Origin: Bdellovibrio sp.
Lineage (GTDB): Bacteria; Bdellovibrionota; Bdellovibrionia; Bdellovibrionales; Bdellovibrionaceae
Length of the DNA stretch: 32,521 nt
NCBI GenBank assembly: GCA_046318155.1
Contig: JBKCUU010000027.1
Span: 1 to 32,521, forward strand
Reading direction: 5' to 3'
Both the position numbers and the translations under genes were made by a program. Below the pieces are notes generated by a model that worked only from the letters and a program-made list of their open reading frames with translations, was not told where the DNA came from and searched no databases. Below, piece by piece: positions 10,570 to 20,150 of the stretch (positions within the stretch are counted from its first letter, which is position 1; every line of letters starts with the position of its first letter).

Positions 10570-11109
10570 TTACTTCGCCGTTTTTGCGAACTCGGCCACT
10601 GTTGCGGGGTCGTCTTTACTTTTGTTTTCCGTGATGGAGTCGATAAATTGAACCAGGGCCCACCGATCAGCGGGTTTAAAGTGAGCATAAGAGGCCATCG
10701 AACCTCCAGGAATCCCATTGATCAAAACGTTGTAATGAGCGATCATGCCTGCCCCTTTTTTCCAATTCCCTTCAACTAAGTTGCGAGGCTTTGGATTCAG
10801 ACCAGCACCAGCGGCTCCATCGCCTTTGCCTTCGTTACCGTGGCACATTGCACAGTTCTGAGCGTAAACTTTTTTGCCATGCAAAACCATATCTGCATTT
10901 GCAACCCAAGGCTCAGAGATCCCCGAAATATCGACAGGTTTTGAGTCCGCAAGAAGCTGTTCCGCTGACGGCGGTGTCTGCAGATTTTCACCAAGATCGA
11001 CACCTGGATGGATCGCGACGATATAAACAAAAAAAACAAAAACAAAAACCATTGAGAAGATGAACGCGAGCATTCCACCATGGTTGTACTGATCACGGTT
11101 TTCCGACAT
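10570..11109 (-). CDS. Membrane-anchored monoheme cytochrome c
   Basis: N-terminal TM helix, CAMCHG..G.GDG, P.PRNL and GIPGGSM. Confidence 0.9.
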   Translation of the reverse strand: MSENRDQYNHGGMLAFIFSMVFVFVFFVYIVAIHPGVDLGENLQTPPSAEQLLADSKPVDISGISEPWVANADMVLHGKKVYAQNCAMCHGNEGKGDGAAGAGLNPKPRNLVEGNWKKGAGMIAHYNVLINGIPGGSMASYAHFKPADRWALVQFIDSITENKSKDDPATVAEFAKTAK

Positions 11110-11256
11110 AGCAGACCCACCAAATCTGAATCGTCGCCCACAGGGGCGCGCATTAATGAATTGTTAAGGCATCTTAGCAACTTGCAAGTTATATGAAAAC
11201 AAAGAGGTCGGCAACAAAACCGCATTCACCCTGAGGAATGACAAAATGCGAAAAAG

Positions 11257-12084
11257 TCAGGCGCCTGAGCCCGAAAACAAAAACTTGTCAGCGATCAAAA
11301 CGAACTTTTCGGGGTTCTCGAGATTGGTGCAATGACCTTGCTCAGGGACAACCTCAAAGCGCGCGTTGCTCATTAAGGACGCCATTTCTTGCGAATCAAC
11401 AATGGGAAGCAACAGATCGTGTTCTCCATGCAACACCAGCACCGCATGCTTCACTTTAGAAACCTCGTTGCGAGAGTCTAGTCCATCAAGAGCCCGCAGA
11501 ACCTTGTCTCCCACGGTTTGAGCTGCAAGAAACGCGTCTGCAACAATAACTTGGTCAAAGAACTCCGATTGGGTGTCGTACCCGCGGATGGTCGAGCCGA
11601 TCACGATGGAAACCAAGCCCCGATTGGTCTTCATTTGCTCGAAGGCATCGGTCATGGCGTCGTTAAAGGTCACACCTTTAGCTCCCACGGGGTCGAGCAA
11701 AACAGCCTTTTCAAAAAGCTCGGGCGCCTTGGCAAGCATCAAGGCCACGATCAATCCCCCTGTCGAATGACCAACAAGATGGATCTTTCCGCGCTTCAAA
11801 GATTTGGCAAGCCCAATGAAATCTTGGGCGAACAGGTGCATGTCGACATCGGCCTGGTCTCGGGGTGCGCTTGATTTTCCGCAACCGCGAAGTTCGGCTA
11901 AAATCATGGCCCCTGGCAACCTTTGTCCTGACGCCTTTTTTCTCCAAACGTCAGCGGCCGGATACCACCAGCGATTGCTCGCCATGTTCCCGTGAATGAA
12001 CATCGTGTCTTGAGGGAGAACGTCCTCAATCACCTCAAAACCGATGTGCGCACCCGAGCCGTCGTTCGTTTGGAACTGCATCAT
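11257..12084 (-). CDS. Alpha/beta hydrolase (intracellular PHB depolymerase / enol-lactonase-like)
   Basis: Oxyanion motif HGNM.S, LRGCGKS, nucleophile elbow GHSTG, acid GEHD and His GH. Confidence 0.85.
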   Translation of the reverse strand: MMQFQTNDGSGAHIGFEVIEDVLPQDTMFIHGNMASNRWWYPAADVWRKKASGQRLPGAMILAELRGCGKSSAPRDQADVDMHLFAQDFIGLAKSLKRGKIHLVGHSTGGLIVALMLAKAPELFEKAVLLDPVGAKGVTFNDAMTDAFEQMKTNRGLVSIVIGSTIRGYDTQSEFFDQVIVADAFLAAQTVGDKVLRALDGLDSRNEVSKVKHAVLVLHGEHDLLLPIVDSQEMASLMSNARFEVVPEQGHCTNLENPEKFVLIADKFLFSGSGA

Positions 12085-12830
12085 AAAACAATCCCGCCAT
12101 CAACGCTGAGAACGGTGCCATTGATGTAAGAAGCCTGCTCAGAGGCCAAGAACAAGCAAGCGTTGGCAATGTCAGAGGTTTCGCCCAAACGCGCGACCGG
12201 AACTTTGCCCGCCATTTGTTCGAGCACCTCTTTAGGCATCGCATTCGTCATGGCGGTCATAATAAATCCCGGAGCAACGGCGTTGACAGTAAAACCTTTG
12301 CGGCCCAATTCTTTGCCCAAAGTCTTTGTCATTCCAATCACGCCCGCCTTTGCAGCCGCATAGTTGGCTTGACCAAAATTGCCGTGCAAGCCGACAACCG
12401 ATGAGATATTGATGATGCGCTTGTGGGCCGACGACGCATTGAACTTTTCGAACAAATTTTTTGTAACGTTGAAAAGTCCGGTGAGGTTGGTATTGATGAC
12501 CGCGTCCCAATCTTCGGCGCCTAATTTAGCAAACGATTTGTCGCGCGTGATACCTGCGTTGTTCACCAAGATATCCACATTCCAAGAAAGTGAGGCGACC
12601 GCTCTCTGGCAGGACTCACGGTTGGTGACATCCACTTGGGCGGTGTGGAGATTGGCTGCAAATTGACCGAGTTCGGCTTTGGCTTTTTCAAGAGCTTCTC
12701 CCGAGTAATCCCAGATCGAAACCTTTGCACCCGCAGTCAAAAACTGCCGCGCAATTTGAAAGCCAATCCCTTGGGCGCCTCCGGTGATGATGGTATTTTT
12801 TCCAGTAAACGAAAAATTAATGTTGTTCAT
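12081..12830 (-). CDS. SDR: 3-oxoacyl-ACP / acetoacetyl-CoA reductase (FabG/PhaB-like)
   Basis: Motifs TGGAQGIG, NNAGITRD, NISS, GNFGQANYAAAK and NAVAPGFI.T.M. Confidence 0.9.
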   Translation of the reverse strand: MNNINFSFTGKNTIITGGAQGIGFQIARQFLTAGAKVSIWDYSGEALEKAKAELGQFAANLHTAQVDVTNRESCQRAVASLSWNVDILVNNAGITRDKSFAKLGAEDWDAVINTNLTGLFNVTKNLFEKFNASSAHKRIINISSVVGLHGNFGQANYAAAKAGVIGMTKTLGKELGRKGFTVNAVAPGFIMTAMTNAMPKEVLEQMAGKVPVARLGETSDIANACLFLASEQASYINGTVLSVDGGIVL

Positions 12831-13020
12831 TTTTCTTCCTTTCGGTCGGCGCTGCCGTTCTTTAGGAGCTCTGATTGCCGCAGGCTTTTCAGAGTGTCAA
12901 ACAAGAAGAACTAGAGTAGTTACTCCTTGCTTTTCCTCTTGCCAATGAGGGCCCGACCAAGCGATGACAGCCTCAAATCTGGTCGCCACTAAAATTGGCG
13001 TCCCCAGCCAAGAGGGCCCA

Positions 13021-14046
13021 ATGACGCAAACAATGACGCAAGCAAATGTCCGCCGCGCTACGGTTGTCGGAACCGGTATGTACGCCCCCGAGAAAGTCGT
13101 TAAAAATCAGTTTTTCAACGACATGTACAAAAAAGACATCGACACGTTCTTGCGCGAACAGCGAAATATTTTTGAACGCCGCTACATGAGTGCTGACCAA
13201 ACGACGTCGGACTTGATTGTTCCCGCCGCCGAAGAAGCGATGAAAAATGCGGGGATCAAAGCCTCCGATTTAGATTTGATTATCGTTTCGACCGATACGC
13301 CTGATTACTTATCCCCGTCAACCGCCGCGGTTGTTCAGCACAAAATCAAAGCCACGCGTGCGGGCACGTTCGATATCAACTCCGCTTGTGCAGGATTTGT
13401 CACGGCTCTTGATATGGCATCAAAATACATCGGCGCCGATCAAAATTATCAAAACATCTTGGTTGTTGGCGCTTACGCCATGAGCAAGTGGCTGAACTTT
13501 GACGATTTTAAAATCGCCACTTTGTTTGCCGATGGCGCGAGCGCGGTTGTCGTTCAGCCATCAAAAGATAGCACTGGCGTGATGGCATCTGAGCTCTACA
13601 CGGATGGTCAGTATCATGATTACATGGGTTTGTACGGCGGCGGCTCTTACCGCCCGATCACGCACGAGGTGCTTGAAAAGCGCCAACACCTGCTCGATTT
13701 CGCCAAAAAAATTCCGATCGAGACAAACGGCACTCACTGGCCTCGCCTCACCAACATTTTGCTCGACCGCATTCACAAAACACCCCAAGACGTGAAGCAT
13801 TTCTTCATGACCCAAATCAATATCAATAGCATCAATGAGGCGCTTGATAATCTTAAAGTTCCCCGCACCCGTTCGCACAATGTGATGGACCGCTATGGCT
13901 ACACGGGTTCTGCGGCTGTGGGTATGGCATTGGCGGATGCGGCTCGTTCGCACAAACTGAAAAAAGGCGACTTGATCGTTTTGCTTGGCTCTGGCGGTGG
14001 CTTGTCAATGGCGGCCCTGACGATGGAGTGGGGTTACGACACGTGA
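13021..14046 (+). CDS. FabH/KAS III-fold enzyme with a non-canonical active site
   Basis: Motifs GTGMY.P, ERR, T.TPDY..PST, FD+N.ACAGF, LF.DGA.A and GSGGGL. It has TQIN and GYTG where PHQAN and GNTS are expected. Confidence 0.88.
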   Translation: MTQTMTQANVRRATVVGTGMYAPEKVVKNQFFNDMYKKDIDTFLREQRNIFERRYMSADQTTSDLIVPAAEEAMKNAGIKASDLDLIIVSTDTPDYLSPSTAAVVQHKIKATRAGTFDINSACAGFVTALDMASKYIGADQNYQNILVVGAYAMSKWLNFDDFKIATLFADGASAVVVQPSKDSTGVMASELYTDGQYHDYMGLYGGGSYRPITHEVLEKRQHLLDFAKKIPIETNGTHWPRLTNILLDRIHKTPQDVKHFFMTQININSINEALDNLKVPRTRSHNVMDRYGYTGSAAVGMALADAARSHKLKKGDLIVLLGSGGGLSMAALTMEWGYDT

Positions 14047-15551
14047 ACGACTTTGAATTGGACTGGCTCAAGCGCTGGAATCAGTATTCACCGAAAAATA
14101 TTGCTCTAAAAGATGGCGATACGGGCCGCGAGGTTTCTTATTCCAAATTGTTTGCGGCCGCCAATCAAGGCGCCGAATTTTTATCGCAGAAGTATTCGAT
14201 CCGGCGGGGTGACCGAATTGCTCTGCTCGCCACAAATGAACTTGAATCCGTTTTTTTGTTTTTTGCTCTTCAACGTTTAGGTGCCACGTTGGTTCCGATT
14301 AACTTTCGCCTGACAAAGCGTGAAGTTGATCACATCGTTCGCGACTCTGACCCCAGCCTCATCATTGCGCAAGAAGCCTTTTGGCCTTTGATTGAAGATT
14401 ACCCTCAGGCCAAATTGCGGTTACAAGGTCCCGCCAGTTTTGCCGAAGCTGTTGCTCAAAATAAAAAAGCAGCCGAACTTCCCTTTCTCGCGCAAGCTGA
14501 AGATGCGGCCCTCTTGCTTTACACCTCTGGCACGACGGGCGCGCCCAAAGGAGCCCTTCTTTCGCACCGGATGATTTTTTGGAATTCGATCAACACGACT
14601 CTGCGCCTCAACATCAGCCAAAGTGATTCAACCGCGATCTTTTTGCCGTTCTTTCATACGGGCGGCTGGAATGTACTCACGACACCTTTCTTACATCGAG
14701 GCGCCAAAGTCGTGTTTTTGAAGAAATTTGATGCCGATCAAATTCTGCAAGTTTCAGCAGATGAAAAGTGCACTCTGCTTTTTGGTGTACCAACGACAAT
14801 GGAGATGATGGCTCGTTCGCCCTTGTTTAAATCTGCCGACCTCTCATCGCTGCGCTACGCGATCGTGGGCGGAGAGCCGATGCCAGTTGATCTGATTCGC
14901 GTTTGGGATCAAAAAAAGATTCCGATTCGACAAGGCTATGGGCTCACTGAATTTGGTCCCAACGTTTTTTCGCTGAATGAAGAAGACGCGATTCGCAAAA
15001 TCGGATCGATCGGCTATCCAAATTTTTACATCGACATTCAGATTGTGGGAGATCATGGTCGTCCCGTCGCTCGGGGCGAAGTCGGTGAGTTGATTTTACG
15101 TGGACCGATGATGATGACCGGCTATTGGAAAAATCCCAAAGCCACGGCGGAGACCATCCGCGATGGCTGGTTCTATACGGGCGATCTCGTTCGACAGGAC
15201 GAAGACGGTTTCGTTTACGTCGTGGGACGCAAAAAGGACATGTTTATTAGTGGCGGCGAGAATGTGTACCCGCCCGAAGTCGAACAAGTCCTCAGGCAAA
15301 TGGGTCAAATTCGCGAAGTGGCGGTCATCGGCGTCGCCGATCCCAAGTGGGGTGAAGTCGGCAAAGCATTTATCGTCAAACGGCAGGACGTGACGGTCGA
15401 AGAAATTCAGGCGCACTGTCTGAAAAATCTAGCGAAGTACAAAATTCCAAAACACTTCGCCTTCATTCAAGAGCTGCCCAAAGGCGATTCCGGCAAGATT
15501 CTAAAACGCAAACTTCAAGAATCCGCGCCCTCCGAGCATACTGAAACTTGA
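14043..15551 (+). CDS. Acyl-CoA ligase (AMP-forming, FadD/MenE-like)
   Basis: Motifs YTSGTTGAPKG, QGYGLTE, YTGD, VGRKKDM.ISGGEN+YP.EVE and LPK..SGK. The GTG start overlaps the upstream TGA. Confidence 0.92.
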   Translation: MNDFELDWLKRWNQYSPKNIALKDGDTGREVSYSKLFAAANQGAEFLSQKYSIRRGDRIALLATNELESVFLFFALQRLGATLVPINFRLTKREVDHIVRDSDPSLIIAQEAFWPLIEDYPQAKLRLQGPASFAEAVAQNKKAAELPFLAQAEDAALLLYTSGTTGAPKGALLSHRMIFWNSINTTLRLNISQSDSTAIFLPFFHTGGWNVLTTPFLHRGAKVVFLKKFDADQILQVSADEKCTLLFGVPTTMEMMARSPLFKSADLSSLRYAIVGGEPMPVDLIRVWDQKKIPIRQGYGLTEFGPNVFSLNEEDAIRKIGSIGYPNFYIDIQIVGDHGRPVARGEVGELILRGPMMMTGYWKNPKATAETIRDGWFYTGDLVRQDEDGFVYVVGRKKDMFISGGENVYPPEVEQVLRQMGQIREVAVIGVADPKWGEVGKAFIVKRQDVTVEEIQAHCLKNLAKYKIPKHFAFIQELPKGDSGKILKRKLQESAPSEHTET

Positions 15552-15715
15552 ATTTCATCCCGCGGGTGTAAGCATCCCCACTTGAGGCCCCTACCAGGTC
15601 TACAGGGGCCATTAACTGCATTTGAGGCTTCTTGATTCTCAAATTGAGACTTTCGGGGTCGGTCTCAGCTCGGGCCTTTCCAGCCCTTAGACTTTGGGTT
15701 ATCCTAGCCTTGGGG

Positions 15716-16165
15716 ATGACTAAAATCAGGCTTCTTCTCTTTTCGTTTCTTGCGCTCATGGCGGCGGCTTGTCAGACAAGCCCTAAAGACGAGTTCTCGC
15801 AGCTCAAGCCCGGAATGTATAAACACGAAGTTCTCGGCATCATGGGTAGCCCCCAACGCACTCAGCGTTGGCGCGGCCTGGATCGATGGACTTACATCTA
15901 CTTTGAAGAGCGTGACCGAGCCGAAAAAGAAGTCCATTTTTCGGAAGGAAAGGCCGCCTACGTCGGTGGTTCTTTCGTCCCTGCCGTTTCGGCCGCAGAT
16001 CAAGATCAAATTTATGAAGCTCAAAACATCGAGCTAGAAAAAGAGTTCGCCGCTCAGCGAGAGGCCGCACGCAAAGTGCGAAACCTACAGCTCCCCACTT
16101 ATGAAGAAGACGTCAGCGGGACCAATGAAATTCGCTATGTTCCCCAGTATGCTCCAATGAAGTAA
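15716..16165 (+). CDS. bamE: BamE/SmpA-like outer-membrane lipoprotein
   Basis: Lipobox-like LMAAAC, the SmpA motif LKPGM.K.EVL.+MGSP, and RWTY. Confidence 0.72.
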   Translation: MTKIRLLLFSFLALMAAACQTSPKDEFSQLKPGMYKHEVLGIMGSPQRTQRWRGLDRWTYIYFEERDRAEKEVHFSEGKAAYVGGSFVPAVSAADQDQIYEAQNIELEKEFAAQREAARKVRNLQLPTYEEDVSGTNEIRYVPQYAPMK

Positions 16166-16192
16166 AAAACTGAAGTAACAGACTGAATGAGA

Positions 16193-16762
16193 TTACTTCC
16201 GTAAAATTGGACTGTCAGAATCGCGAATGTTTTTTTCGTCCTCGCCGTTTTTTTTCTTTTCTTCAACAATGGCTTCAGGAGAGGTCACTGATCTTTTTGC
16301 CGGCTGGCCGTACTGACTCCGCATCCGTCTCATGTTTCTTTGCAGCTTTCCTTCCATCCCAACGAGCTCTTCGACTTTTTGAAGCGAAGGCACATCACTG
16401 GTATTATAAATTCGGTTTTGCTTATGGGCGGCGCGCTCCGGAAAGCGGTAACGAAAAATGGAGTTCTCACGGTTCAGGTCCTCTGAGCTTTGTTTCCATT
16501 GGTCGTAGATTGTTTGAATTTCTTTATCCAGCTCTTTCATCCTCTCGGCATTTGCACCCGCCATTTTAGTACGAATCAATGCTTTGAGCTTTTCATCAAG
16601 TTGTTTGTTTTTTGTCGCCAAAGCCGAAATACGGTTTTGGACTTCGACCCAAGGTTTATCCGCAGCAGGAGCCGCCGCGGCGGGCGTTTCTTCTTTGGCT
16701 TTTGCAAAAACCCATGATCCATTGAGAAGACAAACAAGTCCTAGCGCAAGATTAAGCTTCAT
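16193..16762 (-). CDS. Hypothetical exported helical/coiled-coil protein
   Basis: Signal-peptide-like N-terminus and charged heptad-like helices. It overlaps the end of the upstream gene, as in an operon. Confidence 0.7.
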   Translation of the reverse strand: MKLNLALGLVCLLNGSWVFAKAKEETPAAAAPAADKPWVEVQNRISALATKNKQLDEKLKALIRTKMAGANAERMKELDKEIQTIYDQWKQSSEDLNRENSIFRYRFPERAAHKQNRIYNTSDVPSLQKVEELVGMEGKLQRNMRRMRSQYGQPAKRSVTSPEAIVEEKKKNGEDEKNIRDSDSPILRK

Positions 16763-17426
16763 AAAGCCTCTGCTTCCAATTGATTCGAAGATTCAAATGT
16801 TGCAACCGAGTGACGATTAAACTTGTTCGCGCGGCATTCAGTCCCGGCAGTAAGATCGTGCCGTTTTTGACGGGCAAATCTCGCAAATTCAAAAAAAGCC
16901 TGGGATCGGCAAGGACATCCAGCACTTCGGCGCGCATTTCTTTATGATCGATGCCCGACAACGTCAGATCAAATTGCAAGGCGCCGGCATCAGCATCCTT
17001 ATTGCCAAAGTCAGAGATATCCGAAAAATCTCCACTGGGCGTGGACGCGATCGCCTGCGGAACCTCGGGTGGTGGTTGATCAAGGCCTTGCTCAAACCAG
17101 TTCGCATTCTCTGTCGATGAGCCGGGGGCTTCGTCCATGATTTCATTTTGGTGTTCAACAGATTGCTCTGCAAAGGCCTCAAACGAAGAAGCCGGCTCTG
17201 CGGGCGAAATGAGTGAGTCTTGAACAGCCGTGGCTTCGAACGCAGCCTCCATAGGTTGGACATTTGCACCATCACTTGCGGGCGCTGCTACTTTGTCGTT
17301 ATCGGCGGCCAGTTGAACCTGGCCGTCCATATCGATCATCAAGACGGCACCGCAGCTTATACAGGCGACGATGCCAAAATCTTGATCAAGTAGTTGTCCG
17401 CACTGAAGGCACGCAAGCCCCTCCAC
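16752..17426 (-). CDS. Hypothetical protein: N-terminal Zn ribbon, acidic linker, small C-terminal domain
   Basis: CLQC...CISC at the N-terminus. The GTG start is 3 nt after the secA stop. Confidence 0.75.
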   Translation of the reverse strand: MEGLACLQCGQLLDQDFGIVACISCGAVLMIDMDGQVQLAADNDKVAAPASDGANVQPMEAAFEATAVQDSLISPAEPASSFEAFAEQSVEHQNEIMDEAPGSSTENANWFEQGLDQPPPEVPQAIASTPSGDFSDISDFGNKDADAGALQFDLTLSGIDHKEMRAEVLDVLADPRLFLNLRDLPVKNGTILLPGLNAARTSLIVTRLQHLNLRINWKQRLYEA

Positions 17427-17429
17427 TGA

Positions 17430-20132
17430 TTACCGCTTTCTTTTATCCAGTTGCCGGCGCTGAGCACGGTTAAGCTTTTGATCGTCATCCGAAGATGAGG
17501 GTCCAGCTGTCATCCGCATTTTTTGCCGACCGTTCGAAGGCGCCGCAGTTTGACGAGAGCCGCCACCATGACCTGATAAGCTTGCAGACAGTCCACCTGC
17601 CGCCGCTTTTTCATCGCCCCCCGCATAGCTCAGCTCTTCAAAATCAGGGGTTTGCAGCATTCCAGAGAGTTCACGCTCGGCTTGCTCGGGTGCAACGATT
17701 TGAACTTTCAAAAACTTCTCGATCGAATCTGTTTTGATCCACTGATTCAGTTCTTCAAATGCTTTAAAGGCTTCTTTTTTGTATTCGATGACGGGATCTT
17801 TTTGGGCGTAGCCACGCAAGTTCACGCCTTCTTTTACGCGATCGATGCGTTGCAAGTGCTCTTTCCAGCGCTGATCGATCGATTGCAGCAAAATCATCTT
17901 CTGAATCTGATTGTAAAAAGGCCCGAGTGCCGGTTTTTGGCGGTCAAACAACTCTTTTACAATTTTTGATGCCGCCTCAGTCACCGCTTCGCTGTCCAAG
18001 TGAGGTGCCGCCGAGAAGTCGATTTTCATTCCAAACTGTGTTTGAAGAGCATTGTTGAGCCCCTCAAGATTCCAGTTTTCTTTTTTGCCGCCTTCCGACG
18101 GGGTGTGCGTATCCAAAATTCCAGAAAGAACTTCACCCAACATATCCAAGTACTGACGTTCAACATCCGCACTATTCAGAATTTTTTTGCGCATACCATA
18201 GATGATCGTGCGTTGCTGGTTCATGACGTTATCGTAATCAAGCAAGTGCTTACGAATATCAAAGTTGTGTCCTTCGACTTTGCGCTGAGCGCCCTCGATC
18301 GAGCGCGTGACCATCCCGGCGACGATGGGCTCGTCATCAGGAACATTTAAGCGGTTCATGATCTTTTGGATCATCTCACCGTTAAAAATACGCATGAGGT
18401 TGTCTTCAAGCGAGAGGTAGAACAACGACTCGCCGGCGTCACCCTGACGACCCGCTCGTCCACGCAACTGATTGTCGATACGGCGAGATTCGTGCCGCTC
18501 GGTTCCGATGATATACAAACCGCCCGCAGCTAAAACTTCGATCTTCTCGGCGTCGCAAACCTTTTTCCACTTGGCTTGCGAAGCCTCAAACTCAGGTCCT
18601 TCAGTTTGATTCGTTTCACGCTTAGCCAGATTCTCGGGGTTACCACCCAGCAAAATATCGGTTCCTCGTCCGGCCATGTTGGTTGCAATGGTCACGGCAG
18701 ATTTTCGTCCGGCCTGAGCAATGATCTCGGCCTCACGCTCGTGGTGCTTGGCATTTAAAACTTCGTGGCGCACATTTTCGTTTTTCAAGTAACGCGAGAG
18801 CAGCTCTGATTTTTCGATCGAGGTTGTCCCGACCAAGATCGGCTGACCTCTTTCGGCACGGGTTTTAATGTCAATGGCGATGGCTTTAAATTTTGCTTGT
18901 TCAGTTTTGTAAACGACGTCGTTGTGATCTTGACGCCGGATCGGCTTGTTTGTCGGAATAACCGAAACCTCAAGGTTGTAGATCTTTTTGAACTCAACAG
19001 CCTCAGTATCGGCGGTTCCGGTCATCCCCGCCATTTTATTGTACATGCGAAAGTAGTTCTGGAAAGTAATCGTCGCCAGCGTCTGATTTTCATTACGAAC
19101 TTCGACACCTTCTTTGGCTTCAATCGCCTGGTGTAAGCCATCAGACCAGCGGCGACCGGGCATCAAGCGTCCGGTAAATTCGTCGACGATGACGATTTCA
19201 CCATCTTTGATCATGTACTCAACATCGAGGCGGTACAAGTAGTGTGCTTTTAAACCTTGATAGATGTGGTGTAAAAACTCGATATTGCCTGGATCATACA
19301 AATTGCCGACGCCCAAAAGCTCTTCGGCTTTTGAGTTGCCCTCTTCAGTGAGTGAGGCCGTCTTGGATTTTTCTTCCATGGTAAAGTGCACATCGCGCTT
19401 CAATTGCGGGATGATTTTATTGACCATGTGATACTTGTCTGTCGAACTTTCGGCGGGACCGGAAATAATCAAAGGCGTACGGGCCTCATCGATCAAAATC
19501 GAATCGCACTCATCGACGATCGCATAATTGGGCGGGCGCTGAACCATGTCTTCAAGCGCGAACTTCATGTTATCGCGCAAATAATCAAAACCAAACTCAT
19601 TGTTTGTGCCGTAGGTAATATCAGCACCGTAAGACGCTTTTCTCTCAGCATCGCTCAAATCATGGACGATAATTCCGATCGTGAGCCCAAGCCAGCTGTA
19701 CAAACGCCCCATCCATTCGGCATCACGCTTGGCCAAGTAATCATTCACGGTGACGACGTGGACACCTTTGCCAGAAAGCGCATTCAAGTAAACAGGAAGA
19801 GTGGCCACAAGTGTCTTACCCTCACCCGTGCGCATCTCGGCGATCGACCCACGATGCAGAACCAACCCGCCGATCAACTGCACATCGTAGTGGCGCATAC
19901 CGAGGACTCGCTTCGAAGCCTCGCGGCAAACCGCAAAGGCCTCGGGCAAGATGTCTTCCAGAGTTTCACCTTTTTCAAGCCGCGCTTTAAACTCCGGCGT
20001 CTTGGCTTTGAGCTGGTCATCAGTCAAGGCTGCGACCCTGGCTTCAAACGCGTTGATCTTGTTCACGACGGGGCGAAGCGTTTTCATTTCGCGCTCGTGC
20101 TTAGTTCCAAAGATTTTTGCAAGTGTGGTCAT
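17430..20132 (-). CDS. secA: Preprotein translocase ATPase SecA
   Basis: Motifs MRTGEGKT, VTVNDYLA.RD, DECDSILIDEARTPLIISG, ATNMAGRGTDI and RRIDNQLRGRAGRQGD. An alternative ATG exists at 20138. Confidence 0.99.
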   Translation of the reverse strand: MTTLAKIFGTKHEREMKTLRPVVNKINAFEARVAALTDDQLKAKTPEFKARLEKGETLEDILPEAFAVCREASKRVLGMRHYDVQLIGGLVLHRGSIAEMRTGEGKTLVATLPVYLNALSGKGVHVVTVNDYLAKRDAEWMGRLYSWLGLTIGIIVHDLSDAERKASYGADITYGTNNEFGFDYLRDNMKFALEDMVQRPPNYAIVDECDSILIDEARTPLIISGPAESSTDKYHMVNKIIPQLKRDVHFTMEEKSKTASLTEEGNSKAEELLGVGNLYDPGNIEFLHHIYQGLKAHYLYRLDVEYMIKDGEIVIVDEFTGRLMPGRRWSDGLHQAIEAKEGVEVRNENQTLATITFQNYFRMYNKMAGMTGTADTEAVEFKKIYNLEVSVIPTNKPIRRQDHNDVVYKTEQAKFKAIAIDIKTRAERGQPILVGTTSIEKSELLSRYLKNENVRHEVLNAKHHEREAEIIAQAGRKSAVTIATNMAGRGTDILLGGNPENLAKRETNQTEGPEFEASQAKWKKVCDAEKIEVLAAGGLYIIGTERHESRRIDNQLRGRAGRQGDAGESLFYLSLEDNLMRIFNGEMIQKIMNRLNVPDDEPIVAGMVTRSIEGAQRKVEGHNFDIRKHLLDYDNVMNQQRTIIYGMRKKILNSADVERQYLDMLGEVLSGILDTHTPSEGGKKENWNLEGLNNALQTQFGMKIDFSAAPHLDSEAVTEAASKIVKELFDRQKPALGPFYNQIQKMILLQSIDQRWKEHLQRIDRVKEGVNLRGYAQKDPVIEYKKEAFKAFEELNQWIKTDSIEKFLKVQIVAPEQAERELSGMLQTPDFEELSYAGGDEKAAAGGLSASLSGHGGGSRQTAAPSNGRQKMRMTAGPSSSDDDQKLNRAQRRQLDKRKR

Positions 20133-20150
20133 GATCATAGACCTCAGAGT

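Noticed and set aside
14043..15551. Calling the ligase menE
   Set aside because: There are no menaquinone genes nearby and the motifs are generic for AMP-forming ligases.
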